Origin: Candidatus Poribacteria bacterium
GTDB lineage: Bacteria; Poribacteria; WGA-4E; WGA-3G
Assembly (NCBI GenBank): GCA_965242965.1
Contig: OZ251518.1
Coordinates: 3,513,838-3,577,837 of the forward strand
Length of the DNA stretch: 64,000 bases
Reading direction: 5' to 3'
The position numbers and the translations under genes were made by a program. Below the pieces are notes generated by a model, which was given only the letters and a program-made list of their open reading frames with translations, ran no database searches and was not told where the DNA came from. Shown here piece after piece: positions 18,213-27,842 of this stretch; position 1 is the first letter of the stretch; every line of letters starts with the position of its first letter.

Positions 18213-19628
18213 CTAGGCGCGCTTTGAAAGCGCGCCTACTGGTTTCCTCCATTGCCCCGCAGTCACCTGCTCAATCAAAATGCGCGCCTTCTGACTTTCG
18301 CGCACCTGTCTCTCAATCTCAACAGGATTCCAGTCTTCTAGGAGTTGTGCCTCCAGTTCCTCGCGAATCGCTTGATACGCGGGCTCATCAGCGAGGTTAT
18401 GAAATTCCCCCGGGTCTTCGCTGATGTCATAAAGTTCCGGCGCATCGCCGAGGCTATAGTTGAATTTGTATCTCCCTTGCCGCAGCATCGCCATAGGGCG
18501 CGCCACCCCGTGCGCGAGGTATTCCGAGAAGGCGAAATTGTTCCACTCAGGCGCAGTGCCTTGTATCAAAGGCATCAGACTATCGCCATCCATCTGTCTC
18601 CCCTGCTGCGCGTTTGCTAAATCAACCAACGTCGCCGTCAAATCGACAAGCGAGACGACTTCATCGATGCGTTTCCCTGCCTGCAGATGTCCCGGCAACT
18701 TCATTTGCAACGGCACGCGCGCCGATGCCTCGTAGAAATTAGACTTCCGCCACATCCCGTGCTCGCCGTTCATTTCACCGTGGTCGCTGGTGTAAATAAC
18801 CACGGTATTCTCCGCCTGTCCGGTTTCCTCAAGAGCCGTGAGTAACCTGCCGATTTTCTCGTCAAGGTAAGTAATCAGGCCATAATAGCCGGCTCTCCCT
18901 CTGCGCACCAGTTCTTCGGGGAAATCGATACATCCGAACATGCGCCGCATCCGTTGATAGACAGGATGCTGGTTTTCGAGGTGTCCCTTCGGGATGTGAG
19001 GCATATCGATTTCGTCAAGCGGATAGAGATTCCAAAATCGCTGCGGCACGACAAGCGGAAAGTGCGGTGCGATAAAGGAGACGTTGAGGGCCCACGGTTG
19101 CTCCTTCCGCGCCGTATCGCGGAGATATTCCAACGCCGCCGTTTCTGCTAAATCATCCACCTTGATTTCTTCAGTCGTGCCGGGGCCTGCTTGTGCGAGT
19201 CCTTGCCATGGACGCTTTGCCGGTGGCGTGCCGTTTTCCCAATCGGTGAGCGCGTGCTGTCGTTCGGCGTGCAAATCGCGGGCGAGTTGTGCGCGGAATC
19301 CGTGGAGTTGTTCCATGCCGCCGAAGTGCTGTTTCCCGGCGAGAACGACATCGTAACCTGCGTTGCGCAGCAGATGCGCCCATGTGATTTCATCGGATGC
19401 CAACGGTGTTGCATTATCCCACGTGCCGATGTGGTGGATGTATTTGCCAGTCATGAAAGACATCCGCGACGGCATGCAAAGCGGCGAGTTGCAATAGGCG
19501 TTCGTGAATGTGATGCCGTTTTCAGCGAGTCTGTCGAGATTCGGAGTCTGAACGAGTGGGTGTCCGTATGGGCTGCTGAACATGGGTGCGTGTTCATCGG
19601 ACATGATGATGAGAAGGTTTGGGGGCAT
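18213..19628 (-). CDS. sulfatase (formylglycine-dependent)
   Basis: LLIIMSDEH and the CMPSRMSFMTGKY signature; ATG at 19628 with AGGAGG upstream. Confidence 0.85.
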   Translation of the reverse strand: MPPNLLIIMSDEHAPMFSSPYGHPLVQTPNLDRLAENGITFTNAYCNSPLCMPSRMSFMTGKYIHHIGTWDNATPLASDEITWAHLLRNAGYDVVLAGKQHFGGMEQLHGFRAQLARDLHAERQHALTDWENGTPPAKRPWQGLAQAGPGTTEEIKVDDLAETAALEYLRDTARKEQPWALNVSFIAPHFPLVVPQRFWNLYPLDEIDMPHIPKGHLENQHPVYQRMRRMFGCIDFPEELVRRGRAGYYGLITYLDEKIGRLLTALEETGQAENTVVIYTSDHGEMNGEHGMWRKSNFYEASARVPLQMKLPGHLQAGKRIDEVVSLVDLTATLVDLANAQQGRQMDGDSLMPLIQGTAPEWNNFAFSEYLAHGVARPMAMLRQGRYKFNYSLGDAPELYDISEDPGEFHNLADEPAYQAIREELEAQLLEDWNPVEIERQVRESQKARILIEQVTAGQWRKPVGALSKRA

Positions 19629-19655
19629 GGTTGGGGTTTCCTCCTATAAACATAG

Positions 19656-21668
19656 TTACCTGAACTCATTGGCGACTTGCACCAGATCCAGCACATTCAC
19701 AACACCATCGCCGTTGACATCTGGAGCGGCTTTGCCGAAACCATTCGCCACGTGAACGAGGTCCAGAATGTTGATAACGCCATCGCCGTTGACATCGTTT
19801 TTGTCGGTTGTCTGTTTCAGATAGATTTCGCCATCCAAATCGGGGAGGGTGTGGCGTGTGTTTCGCAAGCCGCTCTCAACGCCTGTCGCTTGCTGTGGTA
19901 GATGGATGGTTTGCTGCGCACGGCTGCGGTTGTAAACAGCCCATCCGTTGGTGAATTCGCGGATGAAGACCCCGGGGCGATTTCCATAAAGTTGCGCTTT
20001 GGGGCCGATGGGTTGTCCGAGCTCTGCATCCCAGAAATCATACCAGTAGTGTTCGTGCTGATGGTCATGCGCTTTTCCACTCACGTGCTCTGCCGCATGC
20101 CCAGCCCAAATCTCGTAGTGATGTTCATGATCTTGCGAGCCGATTCCGGTGACATAGACGACATATCCATCGGAATGCGTGAGACTGAGGGTTGTGATAA
20201 CTCGCATCCACCGCTGATTCTTCGGGGTATCAAGCGGTTCAGTCTCAATTCCCCACCCTTCCAAGCCGTTTATTTGAGGGGCTCGTAAATTTTCCTCGGC
20301 CCAGAGAAGCGTGCTTTCAAGTTCGTAAAGGCCACCGTGGGTGTAACCCTCGTCGTGATCTCGGCCCGTTTCCATAAACGTCCCGTTCACATAAGGCGCA
20401 GAACGCGGGATCTTACTACGATTGGTGTTCACCATAATGAGAAAATCATCGCCAACCTCGGCCCGAATGCGCTGGAGGATGCTTACCATCGCATCCACCT
20501 CCGTGGCGAGGTCGCGATGGCCCTGTAACGCGCTCCACTCCTCACTCCACCAATCAAAGAAGATACCGTCGTAGAGTCCGCATCTTGCCACGGCTATTGC
20601 CTTTTGAACGATTCCCTCTTGCACGTCCGGATGTGTGAAGTCAATGAGGAAGCTACTCCATCCTACATCCCTGACACGGTTGCCAGCTTCATCTCTGACC
20701 CAGTGCGGCCAGTCCTCTGGATACTCCTTGGGCCCCGCCAAATTAAACTCAACTCCGACAAGGAACAGCATGTTTGGATTTTGAGAAAACAGTGCATCGC
20801 GTTGTTCCTGTGCCGCCGCCAAATCACCCATAAGTTGAACCCCTTGGGCGGTAGATTGCCAATACAGTCCAAACAAGGGACAACAAAAATACAGGTCATG
20901 ATACGCCAATCGCTCGTCCCGTGACAAGGTAGGCAGATTGATGATGTTATGCCATGCGGCAAAAATGGAAGGAAAGTTTCGTTCCATGAGCCGGTCGGCG
21001 AGCTGTGTTCCCGGCAGTTCGCAACTCATATCGTATTTAAACTCCAACAATGGCAGCGCACGAAGCGGCTCATAATCTTGAATAGGGTTGCCCTGCAGAT
21101 GGAGTGACTTCAAATTTGTTAGGTTCACAAGCGGTGTCACATCAAAAATCTGATTGCCTGCCAACCACAAATCTTCCAGTCGTGTCAGACGTGCTAACGG
21201 TATTATATCTTCGATCAAATTCCACTGAACGCGAAGCCCTTCCAGTTGTGTTAAGTTTTGAATCGGGGTGAGATCTGAAATTTGACATCCCCCCAGATCC
21301 AGCCATGTCAAATTCGTGAGGTTTGATAACGGCGTGAGATCTGAAATTGCGTTCTCAAAGCCCACGATACTTTCTAAGCGAATTAATTCCGCTAAAGGCG
21401 TAAGATCTCGAATAGCATTGCGTGCAATTCCGAGATACGTCAAATGTGTTGCGTGCTCCAACCCGGTCAGGTCTGTTATCTGGCGACCGGAAGCCTCCAG
21501 TCGAGTTAACCGAAGCATTTCGACTGGCTGCAATGAGAGCTCATTCGGCATCCCGAGTTCGTCGCGCACGGCCTGTCGTAAGCTCGGGTCGGGCATCCAC
21601 TCTTCCTGCGCCGCTGCAATGCCGACAGCAATCAAGGAGGAGATGCAGCCTATCAAAATCTGCTTCAT
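19656..21668 (-). CDS. secreted leucine-rich-repeat protein with a central unknown domain and two C-terminal dockerin-like repeats
   Basis: Signal peptide; internalin-like LRRs (LTPLSNLTNLTWLDLGGCQISDLTP ...); C-terminal DVNGDGVINILDLVHVANGFG and DVNGDGVVNVLDLVQVANEF (dockerin type-I-like Ca-binding repeats). Confidence 0.8.
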   Translation of the reverse strand: MKQILIGCISSLIAVGIAAAQEEWMPDPSLRQAVRDELGMPNELSLQPVEMLRLTRLEASGRQITDLTGLEHATHLTYLGIARNAIRDLTPLAELIRLESIVGFENAISDLTPLSNLTNLTWLDLGGCQISDLTPIQNLTQLEGLRVQWNLIEDIIPLARLTRLEDLWLAGNQIFDVTPLVNLTNLKSLHLQGNPIQDYEPLRALPLLEFKYDMSCELPGTQLADRLMERNFPSIFAAWHNIINLPTLSRDERLAYHDLYFCCPLFGLYWQSTAQGVQLMGDLAAAQEQRDALFSQNPNMLFLVGVEFNLAGPKEYPEDWPHWVRDEAGNRVRDVGWSSFLIDFTHPDVQEGIVQKAIAVARCGLYDGIFFDWWSEEWSALQGHRDLATEVDAMVSILQRIRAEVGDDFLIMVNTNRSKIPRSAPYVNGTFMETGRDHDEGYTHGGLYELESTLLWAEENLRAPQINGLEGWGIETEPLDTPKNQRWMRVITTLSLTHSDGYVVYVTGIGSQDHEHHYEIWAGHAAEHVSGKAHDHQHEHYWYDFWDAELGQPIGPKAQLYGNRPGVFIREFTNGWAVYNRSRAQQTIHLPQQATGVESGLRNTRHTLPDLDGEIYLKQTTDKNDVNGDGVINILDLVHVANGFGKAAPDVNGDGVVNVLDLVQVANEFR

Positions 21669-21750
21669 CGTTTTTCATTTCCCTTTGTGTGCGGGCGGAT
21701 GTTGACATCCGTCCTGGGTTTAGGTTTTCGCGATGGCATTGTGCTATCGA

Positions 21751-22917
21751 TTACGCCGCGAATTGCTGGAGATTGGTGCCGTTCTGGTTCTGGAGCGAGT
21801 CCGTTGATAGTTGGCGCATCTCGCGGTTAAATTTTCCGTGCTGAATCAGGTTTTCCTCCGCAGGTTGTGTGCGGCTTTCCTCTTCTCGCTCCCCTGTCAG
21901 CATTGCAGCAATATCTTCCGGCAATTCAACGCCTCGTTCGCGGGCGGCAGCCAGATCTACTTCGGCTTTTTCCCATTCGCGCAGGTATGCCGACGCTAGG
22001 GCACGGGCGTAATAGGCTTGCCCATCAGGTTTCAATTTTATCGCTTTCGTGTAGTCAGCAATGGCTCGTGTAATCTTGCCTTTGCTAAAGTAAGCGTTGC
22101 CACGGATGAAATAGGCCTGAGATTCATTGGGCTCTCGTTCTATTGCCGCGTCATAGTTTGCAATAGCCTTATCTATCTCGTCTTTTAGAAGATAAGCAAC
22201 GCCGAGATTGAGATAGGCTCTCGCCTCCTCAGGGGTAAGTTCTATCGCTTTTTGGCAGTTTGTAATAGCCGAATCAGTTTCGCCTTTTTCGATGAAAGCA
22301 AAACCGAGACTGAGATAGGTTCTTGCATCAGTGGGATTCAGTCTTATTGCCTGCGTGTAGTCTTCAATCGCCAAGTCAACTTCGCCATTAGTGTAGTGAA
22401 CGTCGCCGCGCTTGACGTAGGCAGCGGCGTATTTGGGATTGAGTTCTATTGCCGTGGTAAAATCCATAACGGCTCTGTCAAACTCGCCTGCGAGTATGTA
22501 GACACCGCCGCGGTTATGGTAGAACTTAGCGTTCTCCGGATTGATGCGTATCGCCTGAGCGCAGTCCTTGATGGCGAGGCCGAACTTGCCTTTGATGGCA
22601 TAGGCAGTTCCTCGTTGCGCGTATGCTTCGGCATAGTCCGAATCAGACCGGATTGCGGCGGTGAAGTCCTGAATCGCTAAGTCAACTTCACCTTTTCCAT
22701 TGTAGGCGATGCCGCGGCTGTAATGGACGCGAGCACGCCGCCGGGTTCGTCTTAACGCGGAAGTAAAGTCCGCAATCGCCAGATCGAACTCCCCCATGCT
22801 GAGGTAGACATCGCCGCGGTGAATGTAGGGCACGACAAAGGGGTGACTCATCTCAATCGCGTTGGTAAAGTGCTTGACAGATTGTCTGTAATGCTCAAGC
22901 TGCGTTTGGGTTACCAT
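21751..22917 (-). CDS. tetratricopeptide (TPR) repeat protein
   Basis: About nine 34-aa repeats of the AYxxRGxAYxxKGxxDLAIxDxxxAIRLNP type. Confidence 0.8.
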   Translation of the reverse strand: MVTQTQLEHYRQSVKHFTNAIEMSHPFVVPYIHRGDVYLSMGEFDLAIADFTSALRRTRRRARVHYSRGIAYNGKGEVDLAIQDFTAAIRSDSDYAEAYAQRGTAYAIKGKFGLAIKDCAQAIRINPENAKFYHNRGGVYILAGEFDRAVMDFTTAIELNPKYAAAYVKRGDVHYTNGEVDLAIEDYTQAIRLNPTDARTYLSLGFAFIEKGETDSAITNCQKAIELTPEEARAYLNLGVAYLLKDEIDKAIANYDAAIEREPNESQAYFIRGNAYFSKGKITRAIADYTKAIKLKPDGQAYYARALASAYLREWEKAEVDLAAARERGVELPEDIAAMLTGEREEESRTQPAEENLIQHGKFNREMRQLSTDSLQNQNGTNLQQFAA

Positions 22918-23635
22918 TTTCTGAGTCTCCTTTCCGTTTATAGGCTAAGCCCAGATAAATCTCCGTGTAGAGTTCTAGGGTGCGGCGTTGATGGCCAATA
23001 AATCCGTGGATGTCGTTATAGATAGTCGCCGGCGTGATACCGTGATACCTATCAAGGTGTTCCCGCAACGGCTTTTTGAGGCCTGCTGGAATGTTGATAA
23101 CGTCGTTCCTGTTCGGTTCAATAAAACCGTCGGGATGTTCGACAAATACGCTTTTCTGTGCGATAACGCGATTTATCGGTTCATAAGGTTCTGCGATGTA
23201 GGCATTTAACAGTGCCTTTTCCTGCAAGATAACCCTACCGTTTTCACCAGGCGAACCGTCGCAGGCAAAGAAGAGCGCGATGAGGTAGTCCTCCGTAAAA
23301 TCGATGAGGTTGGTTTTTCCACCGTAGTGTTGGATTTCGGAGAGGCGTTCAAGTTCCTCCACCGGTTTACGGGAAAACTCTTTCACCGTGTCCAACATTT
23401 CTGTTTGGACTTCCGCTATATCAAATTGCTCCTGCACAACGTCAAAACCTTCGCGTCTGAGGAAGACGCGGTAGAGGTTTGATGAAACTTTCCCATGATA
23501 AGGCGGTTCCTGATAATGCGCCGGTTCACCGCGAAAAAGGTAATCGTCCTCGCGCGATTTTGCCTCAATTTTTCGGAGAAGTCCCTCAACGGTAGATTCC
23601 CCGTTGAGGGACTCGGTTTTGTTCGGTTTGCTCAT
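22895..23635 (-). CDS. FRG-domain protein
   Basis: DYLFRGE...IQHYGGKTNLIDFTEDYLIALFFAC matches the FRG domain pattern. ATG at 23635 with GGAG upstream; the longer ORF to 23671 lacks an RBS. Confidence 0.65.
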   Translation of the reverse strand: MSKPNKTESLNGESTVEGLLRKIEAKSREDDYLFRGEPAHYQEPPYHGKVSSNLYRVFLRREGFDVVQEQFDIAEVQTEMLDTVKEFSRKPVEELERLSEIQHYGGKTNLIDFTEDYLIALFFACDGSPGENGRVILQEKALLNAYIAEPYEPINRVIAQKSVFVEHPDGFIEPNRNDVINIPAGLKKPLREHLDRYHGITPATIYNDIHGFIGHQRRTLELYTEIYLGLAYKRKGDSENGNPNAA

Positions 23636-23706
23636 TCCTGCTCCTTTTAAAAATGATACCTTATTTGACAAAAGATATCAACCAAAAAGCGAGGCAGTGA
23701 ATGCGA

Positions 23707-24750
23707 CTAACCCGCAGCAGTCTCTCCTGCTTCCTGCAAGGCCGCCGCTGCGCGCACTGCCGGTTCCGCAGTCGCGTCGCGCTTGATGATGCGGTTTAAA
23801 TGCAACACGGCACGGGCATCGCCACCCCTCGCTAACTCCAACGCTTCCTCGAAACCTCTGTTGCCGTAACTGAAGTCTCTCGGAATCACCGTGAGTTCGT
23901 GAGCCTTCCAATAATACTTCAGTTCATCGGAGTGCCAGTCGCGGTAGACATCTTCCCACTGGAGCGCGTTGAAGATGTTCAGGTGCGGCTCAAGCATGTG
24001 CTCCGCGATGGGCGCGTCGACTGCCTGATAACGGTTGTCTAGAGACACGCGAAGCCGGTCTTCCGTTAAATTCGGCAGTGCCTTGTGGATAGTCAGCGCA
24101 GGGAAAATCAGCGTATCCCCGATTTCGTAGTTTGTAGAGTGCCATTCGCCTTCCAAATCGTCGGTATTGACGCACAGCCCACCGGCCCCGAGCGAGAAGT
24201 GGTGTTCCAGCACCTTATTGGATTTGTGCGAACCCGGCAGCACCGCCAAGCCGCCTAACTCAATGGGGCAATCCCCGACAGGTGCCCAGCAGGTATACGT
24301 CTCGAAATTGCCTTGGAAGTGGACGAAGTCCTGATGGATAGGGGTGGTATGCGCCGTATACTTCGGAAACCAGAGGCGCGCAATCTTCTGTGGGTGCGGC
24401 AGCACCGGCTTGCCGATAATCTTCTCCACCATCCCGATGACCTCGGGCCAATGCCCCGAGCGGTGGAACGCCTCTAGTTTATACACCTCGTGGTAAACCT
24501 CCGCGTATTCCGAGTCGCCTTCGGTGCATTGGGTGGAGATATCGGCGATGCCATCTATCGGTTCGGTGCCAGCGACGAGCCAGCCGCCGGCTTGGATGGT
24601 TGTAAGCATCTCCTCGCGGAGAGCCCAGAGTTTACCCGGGTCTTGCAACTTCTTGAAGAAGAGGTATCCTTCCTCGGCGATGCGGAGACGGAGTTCTTCC
24701 GGGTTATTCATCGCGTCGTTTGAGACGCGGAGTTCTTTTAATGCTGACAT
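23707..24750 (-). CDS. phytanoyl-CoA dioxygenase (PhyH) family Fe(II)/2OG oxygenase
   Basis: HQDFVHFQG ... H motif and jelly-roll-like length; GGAGA RBS upstream. Confidence 0.75.
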   Translation of the reverse strand: MSALKELRVSNDAMNNPEELRLRIAEEGYLFFKKLQDPGKLWALREEMLTTIQAGGWLVAGTEPIDGIADISTQCTEGDSEYAEVYHEVYKLEAFHRSGHWPEVIGMVEKIIGKPVLPHPQKIARLWFPKYTAHTTPIHQDFVHFQGNFETYTCWAPVGDCPIELGGLAVLPGSHKSNKVLEHHFSLGAGGLCVNTDDLEGEWHSTNYEIGDTLIFPALTIHKALPNLTEDRLRVSLDNRYQAVDAPIAEHMLEPHLNIFNALQWEDVYRDWHSDELKYYWKAHELTVIPRDFSYGNRGFEEALELARGGDARAVLHLNRIIKRDATAEPAVRAAAALQEAGETAAG

Positions 24751-24829
24751 CTGACTTTCTCCTTGCTAATAGGTGTAAATTAAGGATACCACATGAGGAG
24801 GTCTGGAGTCAAGTTGTTTTGCGTTTTTA

Positions 24830-25180
24830 GTCAGAGCGGTTCCGTTTTCCGTTTGGATTGAGGATTTGCGAGGGACAGGCTCTCGCCAGCATCCGCGCAC
24901 TCCAACGCGCGCGGGGGCCTGTCCCCCGCGCTACGATAAAAAACGCCGCCCCTCACCGTAGGGCGAGGGCCTGTCCCTCGCCATCGTTCTTGCGCCAGGC
25001 CCTGTAGTTCGGGCTCGCCGGATCCTGACCTGTTTGTGATCAGGCGCGCACAAACTACAGCGGGGGAAACACACATCATGCCGATGGAGATCGCGGGGGA
25101 CAGGCCCCCGCGCTACGGGACAATCGAGACCGGGAGGTCTCTCCTACCGAACACATCGAAATATGAAACACCCTCATTTA
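24830..25180. repeat. repeat island (B x3, D, B, A, E)
   Basis: Seen directly; right end ATATGAAACACCCTCATTTA abuts the stop of the next gene. Confidence 0.85.
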
Positions 25181-27088
25181 TTCTAGGTTATTGTGCCCTG
25201 CACCAATCCCCAACTCCTTTTTCGCAATAGGGATGTTAAACACAGCGCGATGCACTTGCAAAGTTATCTTTCGCCGCGGCCAGGTTAGATGTTCTTCGCG
25301 GAACGATTCAGGGAGGAATGCCTCGCTCACCATCACGGGATACTCGGATGCCAGCGTGTCTGGAAAGATACTATCCATATCGTGGTAACCGAATGCTTCG
25401 GCAATAACTGTTTTCGGAAACCAGATGCCCGGTTCGTATATTGCGAGTTGATACGTTTGGCTAGAGATATGAAGCACTTCTATAGGTTGCACACTTGGCT
25501 GGCTTAGAGGCCAGATGTTACCCTCAACGGGGAAAAGCGAAGTTATTCGATTGCACGTCATCATGCGCGTCGCGTGATAGGCTTTCTGCGGATGCATCCA
25601 GATTTCGTGCGTCGTGGCTGTATCCGCGTTGTCTTTTTCCGCCTCGCGGTACAACTTGAGATAATAGTAAGGGGTGCCCTCAAGTTCAACGGTTTCTACC
25701 TCCACCGGTTTGGAGGAGTGGATGAATCTTTCAAAGGTAGTGCCGTGAGGGGCCCAACTCCACCAGCGAGGATTGAAACGCTTATCAAAAAATGACCCGG
25801 GGATATTTGGCGATGGGTACTGTTTCCATTCCGTCCCATCACGGATGAACAGCCTTTGCCCTTTTCTCAGGTATTGATGGTGTGTCTCCTGCCAAATGTC
25901 GGAACTGACTCCATCTTCTATCCAAGTTAGGGTAGGGCGGCCGTTAAGTTCCTCCTTTTTACGGGCTTTCACATCATAAAATTGATATTCACCATCAAAC
26001 CGGTGGGTGATATACCAGTATCCTCTGTCTTCATACGAGGGGACATTCTCCACAGTGTCCACCTTCGGTGACTGAAGCAATTTTAAAAGAGAGTCCCAGA
26101 AATTCCGCCGTTGTGGGAGTTTTCTACTGAGTGTCAATGAGAATTCAAGTTCGCCGCTTTTCAACTGCGCGGTGTGGGCGGCAACTGCCGTTTTGAGATG
26201 TTCTAGCTGTTGTGCAGATTCGGTGCGCTGAATGGGTGGAATGTAGGGTTCTCCCGACTCAATGCCGTGGAGATGTGCTTGTGCGACGATGTCATTCTCG
26301 GGCCTTTCTTTGAGAATGTCTAACGCTTTGTCGTAGTCTCCAAGTCTTTGGTATGCAAAGGCTAAATAGGCATTTGCGAGACCAGGGTCCTTCAGTTTTG
26401 CCTTTTCGAGATGTTGAACGGCTTCTTCGGGTTGCACCCAATAAATTGATTCTCCGAGTCCAACTAATGCTGTGAGAGAAGTGGGCTCCATTTCCAGCAG
26501 TTTGCGATAGCCTGCCTCCCGTTCTGGGTTGTGGGCATAACTCTGGTAAGGCTGGAGCCGGGTCCACAGGAGAATTGTGTCAAAGTCATTTGGGTTCTCT
26601 GCGAGTGCTTGGACTGTCAATTCACGAATATACGGAGTATAGCGTCCTTCGCGTCCGCGGTTTAACTCGTAGAGAAACTTCGCTGCGGTGAAGGCATCCA
26701 TTCCTGCGGTGAGGTTTTCAACCCGCTCTTCCTCCTGCTGCAACCACGCTTTTGCCTGCTCTGTTTCGCTTGGTAACTGAGAGGCGGCCGGCAGTGATGG
26801 TGGGAGTTGAGAGGGTGCTAGTTGAGAAGGCGGCAGGGACACAGGGAGGCTGTTTACATGGACTCCCTGCTTGTTGAATGCCCCTTGTGACGGCCCCTCA
26901 ACCGGAATTCTCCCTGCGGGGTTAGTTTTCTGCAGACCTATCGCTTTGGCCATTGGCTCAGGTGGCAACGGCGTGGATGCGCTGCGCTGGCGGTGGATAA
27001 ACAAAAGGACTGCACCAAGGAGGAGACAAAGCACAGCGAATGCCAACATGTGTCGATTCTTCAGTTGGTTAAGCATGGGTAACCTCAT
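25178..27088 (-). CDS. hypothetical membrane-anchored protein with a TPR-like central region
   Basis: N-terminal TM helix (HMLAFAVLCLLLGAVLLFI), a low-complexity Pro/Ser/Gln linker, TPR-like helices, and a C-terminal unknown domain. Confidence 0.6.
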   Translation of the reverse strand: MRLPMLNQLKNRHMLAFAVLCLLLGAVLLFIHRQRSASTPLPPEPMAKAIGLQKTNPAGRIPVEGPSQGAFNKQGVHVNSLPVSLPPSQLAPSQLPPSLPAASQLPSETEQAKAWLQQEEERVENLTAGMDAFTAAKFLYELNRGREGRYTPYIRELTVQALAENPNDFDTILLWTRLQPYQSYAHNPEREAGYRKLLEMEPTSLTALVGLGESIYWVQPEEAVQHLEKAKLKDPGLANAYLAFAYQRLGDYDKALDILKERPENDIVAQAHLHGIESGEPYIPPIQRTESAQQLEHLKTAVAAHTAQLKSGELEFSLTLSRKLPQRRNFWDSLLKLLQSPKVDTVENVPSYEDRGYWYITHRFDGEYQFYDVKARKKEELNGRPTLTWIEDGVSSDIWQETHHQYLRKGQRLFIRDGTEWKQYPSPNIPGSFFDKRFNPRWWSWAPHGTTFERFIHSSKPVEVETVELEGTPYYYLKLYREAEKDNADTATTHEIWMHPQKAYHATRMMTCNRITSLFPVEGNIWPLSQPSVQPIEVLHISSQTYQLAIYEPGIWFPKTVIAEAFGYHDMDSIFPDTLASEYPVMVSEAFLPESFREEHLTWPRRKITLQVHRAVFNIPIAKKELGIGAGHNNLE

Positions 27089-27639
27089 GGTAGATCTAAA
27101 AACTCGTAAGGAGCGATACCGCCTTCTGAAAAAGAAAGCACTTTTATATCCGATGGAATGTCTGCCTCCGTAAAACGGACTCCCTTTTCATCTTCAATAG
27201 CTCGAATCCGATCGCAAGCATCCGGGTCTCCTGCCATATTGCGGATATATTGTCTACGCGCTGTTTTTGCCCATTCGACGTAGACGGTATCTGAAATCGT
27301 TGGGTATACCAAGCCGTTTTCCATGATGGAACCCATGACATCTATTCCCTGATGAGCCAGTTTTATCTCAACGCGCGTCATTAATTCATGGTTTGCAGAA
27401 ATGCAGGGCCAGATCTGATCGGCTGGCCACCCTGCTGGCAATTCAGGATAGGGCCCGAAACCGTAAGGGGAAACGGGGATGTCGGCTATCTTCTTTGGAA
27501 TGCGTTCGCCATGCCAACGATAGAGCAGGCTGCCGGCGATGAGAAGGACGCAGCCGATGAGCCCGGCGCGAACGAGTTTGCTTGAGAGCATGTCCCGTAA
27601 CATGTGCATTCTCCTGGGTAAGGATGCCCGATGTTGCAA
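27085..27639 (-). CDS. membrane-anchored hypothetical protein (paralog of 29478..30308)
   Basis: Conserved N-terminus (R/H)xSLxRRMHML(R/Q)DxLSSKLVRAGLIGCVLLIAGSLLYRWHGER. A likely true start is ATG 27603 (MLRDML), 6 nt after AGGAGA. 4-nt overlap with the downstream gene. Confidence 0.6.
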   Translation of the reverse strand: MQHRASLPRRMHMLRDMLSSKLVRAGLIGCVLLIAGSLLYRWHGERIPKKIADIPVSPYGFGPYPELPAGWPADQIWPCISANHELMTRVEIKLAHQGIDVMGSIMENGLVYPTISDTVYVEWAKTARRQYIRNMAGDPDACDRIRAIEDEKGVRFTEADIPSDIKVLSFSEGGIAPYEFLDLP

Positions 27640-27659
27640 AAAAATTCAACCAATACTTT

Positions 27660-27800
27660 CAGGTAATCAAGGGTGTTTCCTAACTCGTTGTTGTCAAAAG
27701 GGTTTCGCGACACCCTGAACAATTCCGTTTCCCCGGTAGGAGAGCCCTCCCGGTTTCGATTGCTCCCCGTAGGAGAGACCTCCTGGTCTCGATTTCTTCC
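27660..27800. repeat. repeat island (E-like, A x2)
   Basis: AAGGGTGTTTCCTAACTCG, CCGGTAGGAGAGCCCTCCCGGTTTCGAT and CGTAGGAGAGACCTCCTGGTCTCGAT. Confidence 0.8.
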
Positions 27801-27842
27801 GTGTGTTCAGAAGAGGGACGTTAGGTCTGACAGCGCAGTGGC

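Noticed and set aside
21669-21750. Hairpin CGGATG-TTGA-CATCCG between the LRR and TPR genes as a terminator
   Set aside because: No U-tract follows on the transcribed (minus) strand, so this is a weak call and is not listed as a feature.
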